A stretch of DNA of 37,589 bases. Source: a virus (lineage: Duplodnaviria > Caudoviricetes). The notes beneath the pieces are model-generated. The model was not told the origin of the DNA. It made no database searches and was given only the letters and a program-made list of their open reading frames with translations. This document shows, in pieces, positions 27,320-37,271 of this stretch (within the stretch, counting starts at the first letter, position 1; every line of letters begins with the position of its first letter). Location: positions 1 to 37,589 of the IMG/VR virus record IMGVR_UViG_3300020045_009645. One strand, written 5' to 3'. Position numbers and translations under genes: made by a program.

Positions 27320-27841
27320 TTAACCTCCTATATTCGCTCTGTAAGTTGCAAAAATATCAACTCCATCAACTGAATAAATGTTTGCCAATGCGTCGTAATC
27401 AACAACCTCCTGACCGTCAATTTCTAGCTTATAAGCTGTACACGTAAGTTTCGAAGTCGCTTCCACGTTGTCGTGTTGCTTATAGTTTCCGGCAGGGAAA
27501 TTCTTTGTTTGAACAGTCAGATAAGCTACACAAGGAACTTCTGCAACCAAACCGTTAGAATCGTGAGTTTCTAAAGAACTACGGATTTGCAATTTCATTG
27601 CCTTTCGTGGATCAGCAAACTTTTTCAAAACATCAGCGTAAAACGCATTCCATTTTATTGTTGCCTCCAATTTGTCAATTCCGGAAAACAATTCGAATTT
27701 ACCAATCATACCAAGTGCCTTATGCTCAGAAAGCATAAATGTAATATCTGGTAAATTTACCTCTTCAGCTTTTCCAAGCTGTGACTGTCCATCAACGTAC
27801 ACGTTGGCGTTAGTCAATCTATTTACTTGTATCTGCGGCAT
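27320..27841 (-). CDS. Major tail tube protein (P2 FII family)
   Basis: LTNANVYVDG...GKAEEVNLP...GIDKLEA...YKLEIDG. Confidence 0.9.
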   Translation of the reverse strand: MPQIQVNRLTNANVYVDGQSQLGKAEEVNLPDITFMLSEHKALGMIGKFELFSGIDKLEATIKWNAFYADVLKKFADPRKAMKLQIRSSLETHDSNGLVAEVPCVAYLTVQTKNFPAGNYKQHDNVEATSKLTCTAYKLEIDGQEVVDYDALANIYSVDGVDIFATYRANIGG

Positions 27842-27843
27842 GA

Positions 27844-29259
27844 TTAAACGATTTGAGTTAATAAGTTAATATCCAAATATGATTTGAATGTAATTCTTTC
27901 GGCCGGTGTTGGTCCCATAAATACAAGATCAAAAGTTACGTGTCCGGCAGCTAATTCTTCAGCAGGATTATCAGCAGGATTGTAAACACATTTTGAACCT
28001 GATAAAACAGCGCCACGACCAATTAAAGTCCTGAAAAAACCGTTTGCTGTATCTCTGATTGCGTCTATTGTAGCTTGATTAATCGGGCGGTCAATAAATG
28101 GAAGCATAGCTTGTTCCAAAGATTCGTGAACAATATCCGCAATCCTACGAATTGGAATAAAGTTTTTGGGGTCTGTATTTGTTGGAAATGCAGCTGATCT
28201 ATTACCCCAAGTTCTTGTTCCTGTTCCGTAACCTGTGAAAGTAGTTGTGATACCTTTTTCATTCAATAAATTAGCTTCTGTAGAAGCATCATTAACCGAA
28301 GCGGTAACAATGTACTCAGTCCCTACAATCCCCTGAATGGCATGATTTGATGGTGATACCCAGTAACCTTCGTTTAAGTCTGTGTTAGCAATAACGCCAG
28401 CCATAAATTGAGAATAAGGAGCGTTAACATTCGAATCCGAATCAGCGTCATAAACTTTCAAATGAGGACAAAGCAAATAAGCTCTGTAGCTATCTGTTTT
28501 AAAATTTATTGTACTTGCTGGACCACGCCCTGCAATGGCTTGCGAAACTGTAGTTGTTACAGGCGCATCAATCAATGCAATGGCTCGGTATTTTTCAGCT
28601 AAAGCAATAAATTCAGTTGCCACGGCTACCAGTTCAATGTAAACAGGTGCGATTAATATTTTTGGAGTAAAACCAAAAGTATTAAATACCAATTCTAAAC
28701 ATTTTGATCCAGTACGGACACCAGCGGTATTTGTACCGATAATTTGAGACGAAGTAATTGTGCCTGTGTCTAAAATTTTGAAAGTGAATTTCAAAAGCAA
28801 GTTTTCAGCAGCTACAGCAGATAAGGCTGTAAAATTACCGAAAGCATCAATAGTGTAATCAACGCCTGCAACACCAGTAAATGGAGTTGTACCGTCTGTT
28901 AAAAATATACCAACCGTACCAATAGGAGCAGCAGATAATTTTAATTTACCATTAGTGATTGTTTGAGACTCCAAAGTAACTTGCTCGGTATTGGTTATGC
29001 TATCGAAAGTGTTTACAACAATTACCGTTGCTGGTCCTTGCTTAAAAATAGCGTCCAAAGCTTGTGGAATTGTAAAACCTGGCAATTGTTGTCCAAACTG
29101 GACAGCATCGTTTGGTGACAGAACCAAAATAGGTTCGTTTGCAGTTCCAATTGGAGCAAGTCCAACCAGCGCAATAACCGAGGATTTAACAACCTGAACA
29201 GGTCGTGCGCCTTGGTCAATTTCTATGGTTTCGACACCATGTAAATAGTTAGCTGCCAT
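27844..29259 (-). CDS. Contractile tail sheath protein
   Basis: YLHGVETIE, WVSPSN, RTWGNRS, PTPAERITF. Confidence 0.95.
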   Translation of the reverse strand: MAANYLHGVETIEIDQGARPVQVVKSSVIALVGLAPIGTANEPILVLSPNDAVQFGQQLPGFTIPQALDAIFKQGPATVIVVNTFDSITNTEQVTLESQTITNGKLKLSAAPIGTVGIFLTDGTTPFTGVAGVDYTIDAFGNFTALSAVAAENLLLKFTFKILDTGTITSSQIIGTNTAGVRTGSKCLELVFNTFGFTPKILIAPVYIELVAVATEFIALAEKYRAIALIDAPVTTTVSQAIAGRGPASTINFKTDSYRAYLLCPHLKVYDADSDSNVNAPYSQFMAGVIANTDLNEGYWVSPSNHAIQGIVGTEYIVTASVNDASTEANLLNEKGITTTFTGYGTGTRTWGNRSAAFPTNTDPKNFIPIRRIADIVHESLEQAMLPFIDRPINQATIDAIRDTANGFFRTLIGRGAVLSGSKCVYNPADNPAEELAAGHVTFDLVFMGPTPAERITFKSYLDINLLTQIV

Positions 29260-29293
29260 ATTTGTTTTTTAATTAATTAAATTATTTTTTTTA

Positions 29294-29809
29294 TTATTCT
29301 GGAATTTCAATAACATTGATTTCTCCATCTGGTTCGTCTATTGTGGTTATTTTTTTAAGAATCAAAGTTAAATCTTCTGTAAAATCCTCAACATGTACTG
29401 CTGTAGTTTGAAAAATTACGTTGTAATTCCACATGTTATTTATTTTTTCAGCGTTTTCACCTCCGATTGTATGATGCTTGGTAACTTGCATTCGTCTGCA
29501 TCCTTGTGGTTGAAAACCTGTAAGTGCTTTTTTCAAAACACTAGCCAAATTATAAACTCCTAAGTTTCCACGCAAAAATGTACTTTCAATTAAAACCTGT
29601 ATAAAAACCTTTTCTTCTTGTGAAATTTGAGCAGTACTTAACGGACTTGCGTATTCAGAACCTGCATAAATTACGGTGAACTTTGCTTTTGTAGGCAATG
29701 GCAATTTTCGATCAGCCTCCAATTCAGGAAGTTTTTCGACTGTGACACCAACCGTTGCAAACGGTGTTAATCTAGCCACGATTTCGTTTTCTAAAGCCTC
29801 GTAATCCAT
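29294..29809 (-). CDS. Tail completion/terminator protein (Mu gp37-like)
   Basis: Directly before the sheath gene; ENEIVARL...Y.GS...LTGFQP. Confidence 0.65.
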   Translation of the reverse strand: MDYEALENEIVARLTPFATVGVTVEKLPELEADRKLPLPTKAKFTVIYAGSEYASPLSTAQISQEEKVFIQVLIESTFLRGNLGVYNLASVLKKALTGFQPQGCRRMQVTKHHTIGGENAEKINNMWNYNVIFQTTAVHVEDFTEDLTLILKKITTIDEPDGEINVIEIPE

Positions 29810-29813
29810 TTTA

Positions 29814-30155
29814 TTAAGGTGTTGCGTGTCTCAGTCTTGCTATAAAAGTTTCACCGTCGTATTTTGTTTTAACCTCAACTACTGCAAAATATCCAATACC
29901 TTCAATTGTAACGTGTTCCAGATTTCCTGTATCAACTCTAGTTTTTAAATTTTCAAAGAATCCAGCTCGATATTCCATAAATGGTTCATCTGGATTCCAA
30001 GAGTCTATTCCTGAAAGTTCTTGTTTTTCGCTTGGATCTTTATATCCAACTCTAGCCGAAAATGCATCTGACTCACTTATCCAAGTAGCATTGTACCCCA
30101 TTGTGTCAACAACAACGTCGAAAGCCTGTTTCTTAAGCGAGTCAAATATATTCAT
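29814..30155 (-). CDS. Head-tail joining/closure protein
   Basis: Size and position between capsid accessory and tail completion genes. Confidence 0.6.
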   Translation of the reverse strand: MNIFDSLKKQAFDVVVDTMGYNATWISESDAFSARVGYKDPSEKQELSGIDSWNPDEPFMEYRAGFFENLKTRVDTGNLEHVTIEGIGYFAVVEVKTKYDGETFIARLRHATP

Positions 30156-30156
30156 T

Positions 30157-30471
30157 TTATCGTGCTAAAAGTACGTTTACAGTAGCATCACCAGTCAATG
30201 CAGACGTATGAGCGTAGCCCAAAAATACGTTTGTCGAAACAGTAGTTGTAGCAACTCCAGCAGCAACGTATAATTTAGCTCCTTGAGCAATAACAGAAGC
30301 ATCTTTTCCGACATTGTAAACGCCTTCAAGATTTACAACTACAACGTCTCCTGTTTCGTAAGTACCTGCTGAAATACCAGCAGTAGCTCCAACAGTAACA
30401 ATAGAACCAGAAGCAACTTCGTCCCCAGCAATAACTTCAATCGAGCATCCTTTTTGAATGTAATTTTTCAT
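30157..30471 (-). CDS. DUF2190-family capsid cement/decoration protein
   Basis: MKNYIQKG...V.SG...EGVY...GA.LY...LGYA; follows the capsid gene. Confidence 0.8.
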   Translation of the reverse strand: MKNYIQKGCSIEVIAGDEVASGSIVTVGATAGISAGTYETGDVVVVNLEGVYNVGKDASVIAQGAKLYVAAGVATTTVSTNVFLGYAHTSALTGDATVNVLLAR

Positions 30472-30544
30472 TTTTTATATTTTAGAAATTAATCGTTGTT
30501 TTAAAATAAGGAGGCGATAATAAAACCGCCCCGAATTTATTTCA

Positions 30545-32551
30545 CTATGCTGGTGCAGCACCTGCATTTTTGTACATTCCTCTCCAGTCGATTGCTTTAG
30601 TTCCAAAAACCATTCTAGCTTTAATTTGCAAAGCATCAACGTCAAAACCTTCTTTTTGCTCGATGAAAAGTTCTTCTTCACCGTCCAAAAACGCATATTC
30701 AACAGTATCTATCATTGCTGGATCAGCAACCAAGAACCAAGAATAATCTGTGATACGTGGTTCGACAATTACCATTAATCCAGTGATTGCGGCAACTGAA
30801 ATATCTCCTTGCTTAGTAGGTACATAATTAGTTGAAGTCAATTTTCTGGCAATCAGTTCATTTTTTGGACCAACAATTAAATGTTGAGGCGAAATGTTCA
30901 AGAAATCGCCTTCAATTGATTTTTGATTTCTGAACAATTGGAAAGCAACGTCTAAACTGGTTTCTGACAAGGCTGTACCTGTAGAAGTGTAGTTTTTGTG
31001 AGTTGCCACATTCCACAATGCGATAGTATCGCCCATTGTTGGATTTCCTGTAAGGATTCCGTAAACCAAATCAGATTGCTTTTGAGCAGCTTTCATTGCA
31101 AATGCTTGAGGAATTCTAGTGAATGCGCTCAAATCATCGTTAATAATTGCTTCCCAAGAAACGCCTACAATTTTACCAAATTTGGCAAGTTTGTATTTTT
31201 CAGAAGCTTCCGAAAGTGTACCTGCTTTGTATTCTCCTAATTCTTGAACTTCATCAAAATTTCCAATCAATCCAGATAACTGAACTCTTGTAATTTCTCT
31301 AAAATCTGGCATGGTTGAACGTCTGGCCCAAGCTTCAAATGTTCTTGGATACAATGCGTATTGCGCTCTTAATGTTCTGGTAAATGAATCTACCAATAAC
31401 AATGGAAAATCACTTGTGTGATGCGCTCCACGGACTTTTGCGCCTAAAGCACCTTTCGCAATTTCTCTTGGGGATAAACCACGAACATTTAAGCCTGATC
31501 TTACAAGGGATTCTTCAGCAAGTCTTAACAAAGACATTCCTCTAAAATCTTGTGCAGCTCTTACGTTTTCTTCGCCCATAACTTGCGCAGCGTTTGGCGT
31601 AATTCTCAACACTAATGCGTTGGTCATTGCCGAACGTGTTTTTTCCGCATCATCTTGTACTTGTTGCACAGTTGGATTTGGATTTACAGGTTGTAATTTT
31701 TCCCATTCAACTAAGGCACGTTGTCCAGCAGTTGCGAGGTCTATATTTTCTTCAATCAAAGCATCGGCAACAGATTGTGCAAGCCCTAAAGCTCTACAAT
31801 GCGAGTTGATACCTTTGATTCTAGCACGCTCACCAGCCGCAGCCTCTGAACGTGTTTGTTCCAAGTTCGGAACTTCCGCAGTCGGTGCTGGCGGTTGATT
31901 TACCTCTGGCATATCGTTCGTATTTAAATTAGTATTATTTTCTTCTTCAACTTTCTTTTCTTCAATAACAGGAATAGTTGCAGGTATTTCTTCGCTGATA
32001 ACAACCTCGTTAGTCTTTTCTTCTGAGCGTACACGGCTGTTAACATCTGCCTGTACAGGAGTGAATGAAATTTCAGTTGCTTCCCATTTTGTGGCTCTAT
32101 ATAGCGGTGTTTTTCCTTCCGCTCTAGTAACTTGATATTCGTAAACATTATATCCTACAGATACGCCTGTTACAATCTTATCACGAACTTTTTCCATTAA
32201 TCTAGTATCGCTGTCAGAGTTTCCAAAACGAATTTTTGCAACCCCAGCTCCATTTTCAAAACGAGCATCAGATGTAACTCCAACAACACATTCTTCTGTT
32301 TTGCCGTAACGATTATGATTGTCTAAAGCAGGCGCACCGTTGTTAAGCCGTTTTAAATCTCCGTTTTCTGGCATACAGATTAAAACTTCGTCAACCATTT
32401 CGTAAGCATCCCAATCAAATGTTCTCACAGCCGTTTCAGTTGCGAAAATGACCTCTACGGTTCTATCGGCTTCGTTAAAACTGTCCGCTTTAAACTCTGC
32501 ACGTGTACGCTGATTAGGCAATTGTCTAGTTTCTTTTTTAATTTCTGGCAT
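30545..32551 (-). CDS. Fused prohead protease / scaffold / major capsid protein
   Basis: N-terminal HK97-type protease (LDNH, VSVGY, EISFTP); linker with ERARI..I; capsid region HHTSDFP.LL, EAIINDDL.AF, DWRGMYKNAG. Confidence 0.9.
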   Translation of the reverse strand: MPEIKKETRQLPNQRTRAEFKADSFNEADRTVEVIFATETAVRTFDWDAYEMVDEVLICMPENGDLKRLNNGAPALDNHNRYGKTEECVVGVTSDARFENGAGVAKIRFGNSDSDTRLMEKVRDKIVTGVSVGYNVYEYQVTRAEGKTPLYRATKWEATEISFTPVQADVNSRVRSEEKTNEVVISEEIPATIPVIEEKKVEEENNTNLNTNDMPEVNQPPAPTAEVPNLEQTRSEAAAGERARIKGINSHCRALGLAQSVADALIEENIDLATAGQRALVEWEKLQPVNPNPTVQQVQDDAEKTRSAMTNALVLRITPNAAQVMGEENVRAAQDFRGMSLLRLAEESLVRSGLNVRGLSPREIAKGALGAKVRGAHHTSDFPLLLVDSFTRTLRAQYALYPRTFEAWARRSTMPDFREITRVQLSGLIGNFDEVQELGEYKAGTLSEASEKYKLAKFGKIVGVSWEAIINDDLSAFTRIPQAFAMKAAQKQSDLVYGILTGNPTMGDTIALWNVATHKNYTSTGTALSETSLDVAFQLFRNQKSIEGDFLNISPQHLIVGPKNELIARKLTSTNYVPTKQGDISVAAITGLMVIVEPRITDYSWFLVADPAMIDTVEYAFLDGEEELFIEQKEGFDVDALQIKARMVFGTKAIDWRGMYKNAGAAPA

Positions 32552-32568
32552 AATATACTATTATTTTA

Positions 32569-32576
32569 CAAATATA
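32569..32576 (-). promoter_or_regulatory. Putative -7 promoter box upstream of the capsid gene
   Basis: TATATTTG; related boxes at 34578-34586, 27257-27265, 24721-24729 (TATATTTAC), 22487-22494 (TATCTTTG) and 5179-5187 (TAAATTTAC). Confidence 0.55.
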
Positions 32577-32616
32577 TAATTTTTTTGAATTATACAACGA
32601 TTTTTACATTTATTTT

Positions 32617-34314
32617 TTAAGCCTCGAAATCCGAATTATCTTTAGCGACCGCTAATGTAATTGGTCGTCTAAATCCATTATCTTCTTTCCATGCTTGAAT
32701 AACAGATTCTGACATTTCAGGGAATGCAGCTAATGATCTGAAATATGCTTCGTCTTCATTTGTAGGCGTTATAGTTCCCGCACGAACACCGACGCCGTAA
32801 GCGTCAAGAACTCGTTTTAAATTTTCTGGATTCAGTTTTTCGGAACCGTCTGGAGTCTCCAATGTGTCAGCAACTTCTTTTTCAAGAATCCACTCAACAT
32901 TTATTCCAGCGTCTTCAAACATTTTCTTATCAACTTTCATTTGCTCCAAAAGAGTATCAGGATTATAACCTCTACGCTTGCAAGCTTCTGTCCACGAAAC
33001 CAAACCTGATTTTAATTCTAAAATTAAACCGTTCATTTCTTTAACCGGATCAATCATTTCACGTCCTTGTGGTGTCCATTCTGCACCTGCGCTTTTAGAA
33101 ACAATCATTTTTATTTTCAAACCTTCAATAAACCAACCCCAAATTTTGTCGCAAAACTGAGGGATAAACATGTTATACTGCCAGTCTTCAATCTGTCTTT
33201 GCGCTTCAATCCAACCCATACGGCCACTGGAAAAGTTAACATTTCCCATATCGCCAGTAAGTTGTTCGTACGTAATTCCGTAACCAGCAGCGTTTTCTTG
33301 TTGGTTTTTAGAAACATATTCCGAAAAACTTGAAGGCGTTGGCGGATTGTTGAAAGTTACAGTTTCGCCAGGAGCAAGTCTTTCAATTATTCCAGGTTCC
33401 ATTCTGTCAATAACTTGATTATCTACAGTTTCAAACCCGTCTGCACTTTCCTGCTTAGTGGTAAATGCCACGTGACAAGCTGCTACTTTTTGAAGCATCA
33501 ATTGAGCGTCTTTATAATCAGCAAGGTCTCGCATTGATAACATCGTAGCTGTACCAAACGGAACGCCTCGCACTTGCTCTGGAAATTCTTTGTAAAACAC
33601 ATGAATCATATCATCTGAACTAACGAACTTAGGCGCTAACTTCATTGTATATTCATTGTTAGGATTGTGATCAAAAACCCAATACCCAACACGCTTACCT
33701 TGTGAATTAAATTCAACACCCTGTACTACGTAGTTTCCAGCACGCTCAGAAATCATATACGAGTTCTTAGTATGGTCAACCATGTGAGGTGCTAACACCT
33801 GCAATTTAATAGGGTGTCTGGAGTTTGAATCCCTACGCTTCAAAATAAAAATTTCACCCTGTATAGCGATATTACGCATAGATAACGACTGCAAACCATA
33901 TTGAGTAAAAAACCCATCGAAATCGCATTCAGTTGTTTCTGCCCATGCTTTCCATTCATCCTTTATCCTTTGGATTTCATTTTTAGATAAATTAGCATCT
34001 GATTTTACAGGTGTTGGCATGATACCAGTACCAACAACATTATTTTGAATAGTACGAATAGCTTTAAAAACAGAAGCGTTATTTTTATATCCATCAACGG
34101 AACGATCACGCAATGTTTTTAATGATTTCTGAATATCGCTGTTTGCGTTTTCAGAAGTATTGTAAGATGTCCATCCGTCACCTCTACGTCCTTTGGTTGC
34201 GCCTTCATAAGAACGGATACCTGAGTTTATTGTTTTTTCAATAGCGCGAAATTTAGCACGTTCAGCACCTACTTTTGGACTTATGATTGAAATCGTCTTG
34301 TCTATTATATTCAT
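32617..34314 (-). CDS. Portal protein, lambda family
   Basis: YEGA...R..GW, LRDRS, EQVRGVP, GITYEQLTGD..VNFSSGR, IDPVKE. Confidence 0.93.
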   Translation of the reverse strand: MNIIDKTISIISPKVGAERAKFRAIEKTINSGIRSYEGATKGRRGDGWTSYNTSENANSDIQKSLKTLRDRSVDGYKNNASVFKAIRTIQNNVVGTGIMPTPVKSDANLSKNEIQRIKDEWKAWAETTECDFDGFFTQYGLQSLSMRNIAIQGEIFILKRRDSNSRHPIKLQVLAPHMVDHTKNSYMISERAGNYVVQGVEFNSQGKRVGYWVFDHNPNNEYTMKLAPKFVSSDDMIHVFYKEFPEQVRGVPFGTATMLSMRDLADYKDAQLMLQKVAACHVAFTTKQESADGFETVDNQVIDRMEPGIIERLAPGETVTFNNPPTPSSFSEYVSKNQQENAAGYGITYEQLTGDMGNVNFSSGRMGWIEAQRQIEDWQYNMFIPQFCDKIWGWFIEGLKIKMIVSKSAGAEWTPQGREMIDPVKEMNGLILELKSGLVSWTEACKRRGYNPDTLLEQMKVDKKMFEDAGINVEWILEKEVADTLETPDGSEKLNPENLKRVLDAYGVGVRAGTITPTNEDEAYFRSLAAFPEMSESVIQAWKEDNGFRRPITLAVAKDNSDFEA

Positions 34315-34339
34315 AATTTACTGGTAGTTATCATTTAAA

Positions 34340-34564
34340 TTATCGGCATCTATTAGTTCCCTTCGAAAAACTGGCAAATTTTCGACCGTTATTCGTGTTT
34401 TGTTCTGGAAATAAACAGTTTTTCATCATAGTTTGAATACGAATCATTTCATCTAATGAGCGATATTTTACAGTTTTATCTCCATACTGAACTTCTAACG
34501 CACCAGAAACTATAGCATCACTTAAAGTTTGATATTGTATTAAAGTATATTGAGTGCAAGCCAT
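34340..34564 (-). CDS. Head completion protein, lambda gpW-like (74 aa)
   Basis: AIVSGALEVQYGDKTVKYRSLDEM; between terminase and portal; start placed at MACTQY. Confidence 0.82.
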   Translation of the reverse strand: MACTQYTLIQYQTLSDAIVSGALEVQYGDKTVKYRSLDEMIRIQTMMKNCLFPEQNTNNGRKFASFSKGTNRCR

Positions 34565-34623
34565 AACGAAAATTTTTGTAAATATATAAAAAAACCTTGA
34601 TAAAATAATGTTGCTAATAAATA

Positions 34624-36534
34624 TTACCAATACCCGCTATTTTTTTTCTTTTTATTTTCAACAGGCTTTGGTTTGTCTGCAATTTTTACCACCTCAACGG
34701 TGCTTTGTGACTTTATTTTTTCCCAAGTATCATCCTTAAATCTATCGATTCCGATGATATAAGCAGCTGCACGGGCATAGTTCCTAACGTCTAACGCTTC
34801 ATTTCTTGCGCCTGATTTTTTTGTCCATTGGTATTCTGCAAACCCTTTTTTGTTGATAACCTGAACTTGCTGTTCGGCAGTAAGCATATTGAAATAATGC
34901 CTGTCATATTGTGGAAAGTGACAATAGCCCTCCGGATAAATTTCTTGCAATCCGTTTTCGCCTTCAATTTCAGTAGGTTTTAATTTTAAAAAGCCATACA
35001 ATTCGGATTTTAATAATCCTGTTCCAAGATACCAAATCTTACGGCTTTCTATTTTTTTACCACTACGTGCCACGTTATATGCTCTTGGAGGCGAAACCAT
35101 AACATCTTTTACAGAATCACGCCCCATTATTGGTACTACTTTTGAATATGGAAATTTGGAGGTAAAATCGTAAACAGTTGAGGTTTTATAGCCAGCATCA
35201 ACGCAAGTTAAGTTTATAGACATCATATTGTGTCCACACTCATACTGCTTTGTAATTTGATTTGACAACTTTTCCCAAACTTCCGCTTTTGAAGTATCAC
35301 CAACAAAAACAAAATATTCGATTGACCACGTTTCACGACCACGACCCCAGCCAACAACTTCGCCTTCGATACGGTCGCCTTGAATATCCACGCCCATAGT
35401 CAAAAAGTAAACTCCTTCCGGAATGGTTCCGATTTCGTATGACTCCCTACGGTTGTATAGATTTTCAGAATCAGGAGCATCGCCTTTAATTTTAAATGTT
35501 TCTCCTAAGACAGTGTTTACAAACGTGCGATACTTGTTTACATCGTTTTTTACTTTTAAATAATCGCGAACAACTTCTTCCCATGAATAAAAACCAGCAG
35601 GAGAATACAGACTTGAAAGGTGATAACTGTATTTTCTTGGGTTGTTTGAAACGGCTGTAGGAATCCATTCTGCAAATCCACCGTGGTTTTTTTCTGCAAG
35701 CATTGCAGTTTTGTGGCGTTCCTCATGTAAAAATCCACAATTAGGACACGCCATGCGCGTGGTTTCCGGTTTTAGTTCGTCATAAGTCAAGTATTCAAAT
35801 TTCAGTGCAAATAAATCCAAACAGCCTTGACATTGCACGTTGTAGTATCTTTGATCTCCGTCCAAAAATTCGGCCCAAATAACTGATTCGCCTTCATTAG
35901 TTGGTGTGCTGGCCAAAAATAGTTTTCGATTTTGAAACGTTCTTGCTCTGGCCCGTGCTAAATCTACAGGAGAACCTTCTTGTCCTGCCGACAATGGGTA
36001 ACGGTCAACTTCATCTAACATTATTTTTGCTGCCGGAGTACTCGACAATCCAACTGGACTATTTGCCCCAATCATTAACAATACACCGCCCGGAAACGAT
36101 TTAGATGTGATTGTATTTTCAGCATCTTTCGAACCGACTTGTTTTATTTTTGAGTTCAAAGACGGTGCGGCATCAATCATTGGCTTAATTCTGGTCCTTG
36201 AATTTTTTTTGATAGCTTCATCGGTTGGCATAACCAGTAATATAATTGACGGGTTCATATCGATTGAGTACCCAACAAAATTATTCATAGTTTCCGTTGC
36301 GCCAACCTGTGCGCCTTTTGCAAAAACAATTTCCTGAGCATGGGAAGTTTTTCCAAGGTGGTCCTGAATTTCTCTAAGAAACGGAGTTCGCTCTACTCTA
36401 TACCTTCCAGGTTCAGCAGACGAAACCGAAGTAAGAAATCTGTTTTGGTTAGCCCACTCCGACACCGTTAAGTTTGGAATTGGACGTAATCCGTTCGCGA
36501 AAGGTTTTCGAATTAAATTTTCTTCATTTATCAT
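34624..36534 (-). CDS. Terminase large subunit, lambda gpA family
   Basis: TVSEWA, KGAQVGATE, LDEVDRY, STPT, GVDIQ, CVDAGY, RNEALD. Confidence 0.95.
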   Translation of the reverse strand: MINEENLIRKPFANGLRPIPNLTVSEWANQNRFLTSVSSAEPGRYRVERTPFLREIQDHLGKTSHAQEIVFAKGAQVGATETMNNFVGYSIDMNPSIILLVMPTDEAIKKNSRTRIKPMIDAAPSLNSKIKQVGSKDAENTITSKSFPGGVLLMIGANSPVGLSSTPAAKIMLDEVDRYPLSAGQEGSPVDLARARARTFQNRKLFLASTPTNEGESVIWAEFLDGDQRYYNVQCQGCLDLFALKFEYLTYDELKPETTRMACPNCGFLHEERHKTAMLAEKNHGGFAEWIPTAVSNNPRKYSYHLSSLYSPAGFYSWEEVVRDYLKVKNDVNKYRTFVNTVLGETFKIKGDAPDSENLYNRRESYEIGTIPEGVYFLTMGVDIQGDRIEGEVVGWGRGRETWSIEYFVFVGDTSKAEVWEKLSNQITKQYECGHNMMSINLTCVDAGYKTSTVYDFTSKFPYSKVVPIMGRDSVKDVMVSPPRAYNVARSGKKIESRKIWYLGTGLLKSELYGFLKLKPTEIEGENGLQEIYPEGYCHFPQYDRHYFNMLTAEQQVQVINKKGFAEYQWTKKSGARNEALDVRNYARAAAYIIGIDRFKDDTWEKIKSQSTVEVVKIADKPKPVENKKKKNSGYW

Positions 36535-37202
36535 TTCAGATCACGGGTATTTATATCGGACAATAATTCCAAAGTACTGTGAATTTCGTCTACTAAAATT
36601 TTTCTGGCTTCATGCCGTTTTTCAGCCACGGCTAAAATTCTATCTATAATTCGGTCAGGAACACTTTCGAATGCGTTTCTGATTTCTTGTCCATATCCAA
36701 ACAAAACTGAATTTACTTTATCGATTGGAACTAATTGCCCTTGTTTTTCTTTGTAGGTAATTTGCAGAATCTTTGCCTTCAAAACAGCAGTTACACGTTC
36801 GGCTTCTGGTTTATCAATATACCCTTCGAAATCAGCTGAAACAGTTTCGTCATCCAAATCATCAGCTTTAGCACTTGGAAGTTTTTCATGCATTATTTCT
36901 TCAACAAACTCTTCGATTGTCTCAGCTTCTTTTTTTTGTTTTTTAGGAACTGGCATTGGTTTGACCGAGACTGGTTTTTTTAAGACTGGTTTTTTTACCT
37001 CAACAGGTTTTTCAAACTGATTTAAAAATTCTTTCATAATAGGCTTGCCCCATTCGTTGGAAGCTATTAATGGAAAGTATTTTCCATCAGGAGCTATGCC
37101 TTCTAAAATAGAATGCCTATCCCTTGCTTTACGTACAGCTCCTTCTGACTGCCCTGTAAGCCTTGCAAGTTCACGTCCTGAAACTGGTTTGGTTAAATCC
37201 AT
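36531..37202 (-). CDS. Terminase small subunit (Nu1-like)
   Basis: N-terminal HTH SGRELARLTGQSEGAVRKA; G.LVP..V C-terminal helical part; ATGA overlap with the large subunit. Confidence 0.8.
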   Translation of the reverse strand: MDLTKPVSGRELARLTGQSEGAVRKARDRHSILEGIAPDGKYFPLIASNEWGKPIMKEFLNQFEKPVEVKKPVLKKPVSVKPMPVPKKQKKEAETIEEFVEEIMHEKLPSAKADDLDDETVSADFEGYIDKPEAERVTAVLKAKILQITYKEKQGQLVPIDKVNSVLFGYGQEIRNAFESVPDRIIDRILAVAEKRHEARKILVDEIHSTLELLSDINTRDLK

Positions 37203-37271
37203 TATTCAGAAATACAATCAAACAGTGGCTCAAGAAACCATCTAGCGATGCAAACGCCAGTGCACCATCCA

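Noticed and set aside
30510-30532. Possible terminator after the capsid gene
   Set aside because: The stem needs G-U pairs and the U tract is interrupted; plausible but too weak to call.
34565-34630. Extended N-terminus of the gpW-like ORF
   Set aside because: It overlaps the terminase stop and a promoter-like box; ATG 34564 gives a normal-sized protein.
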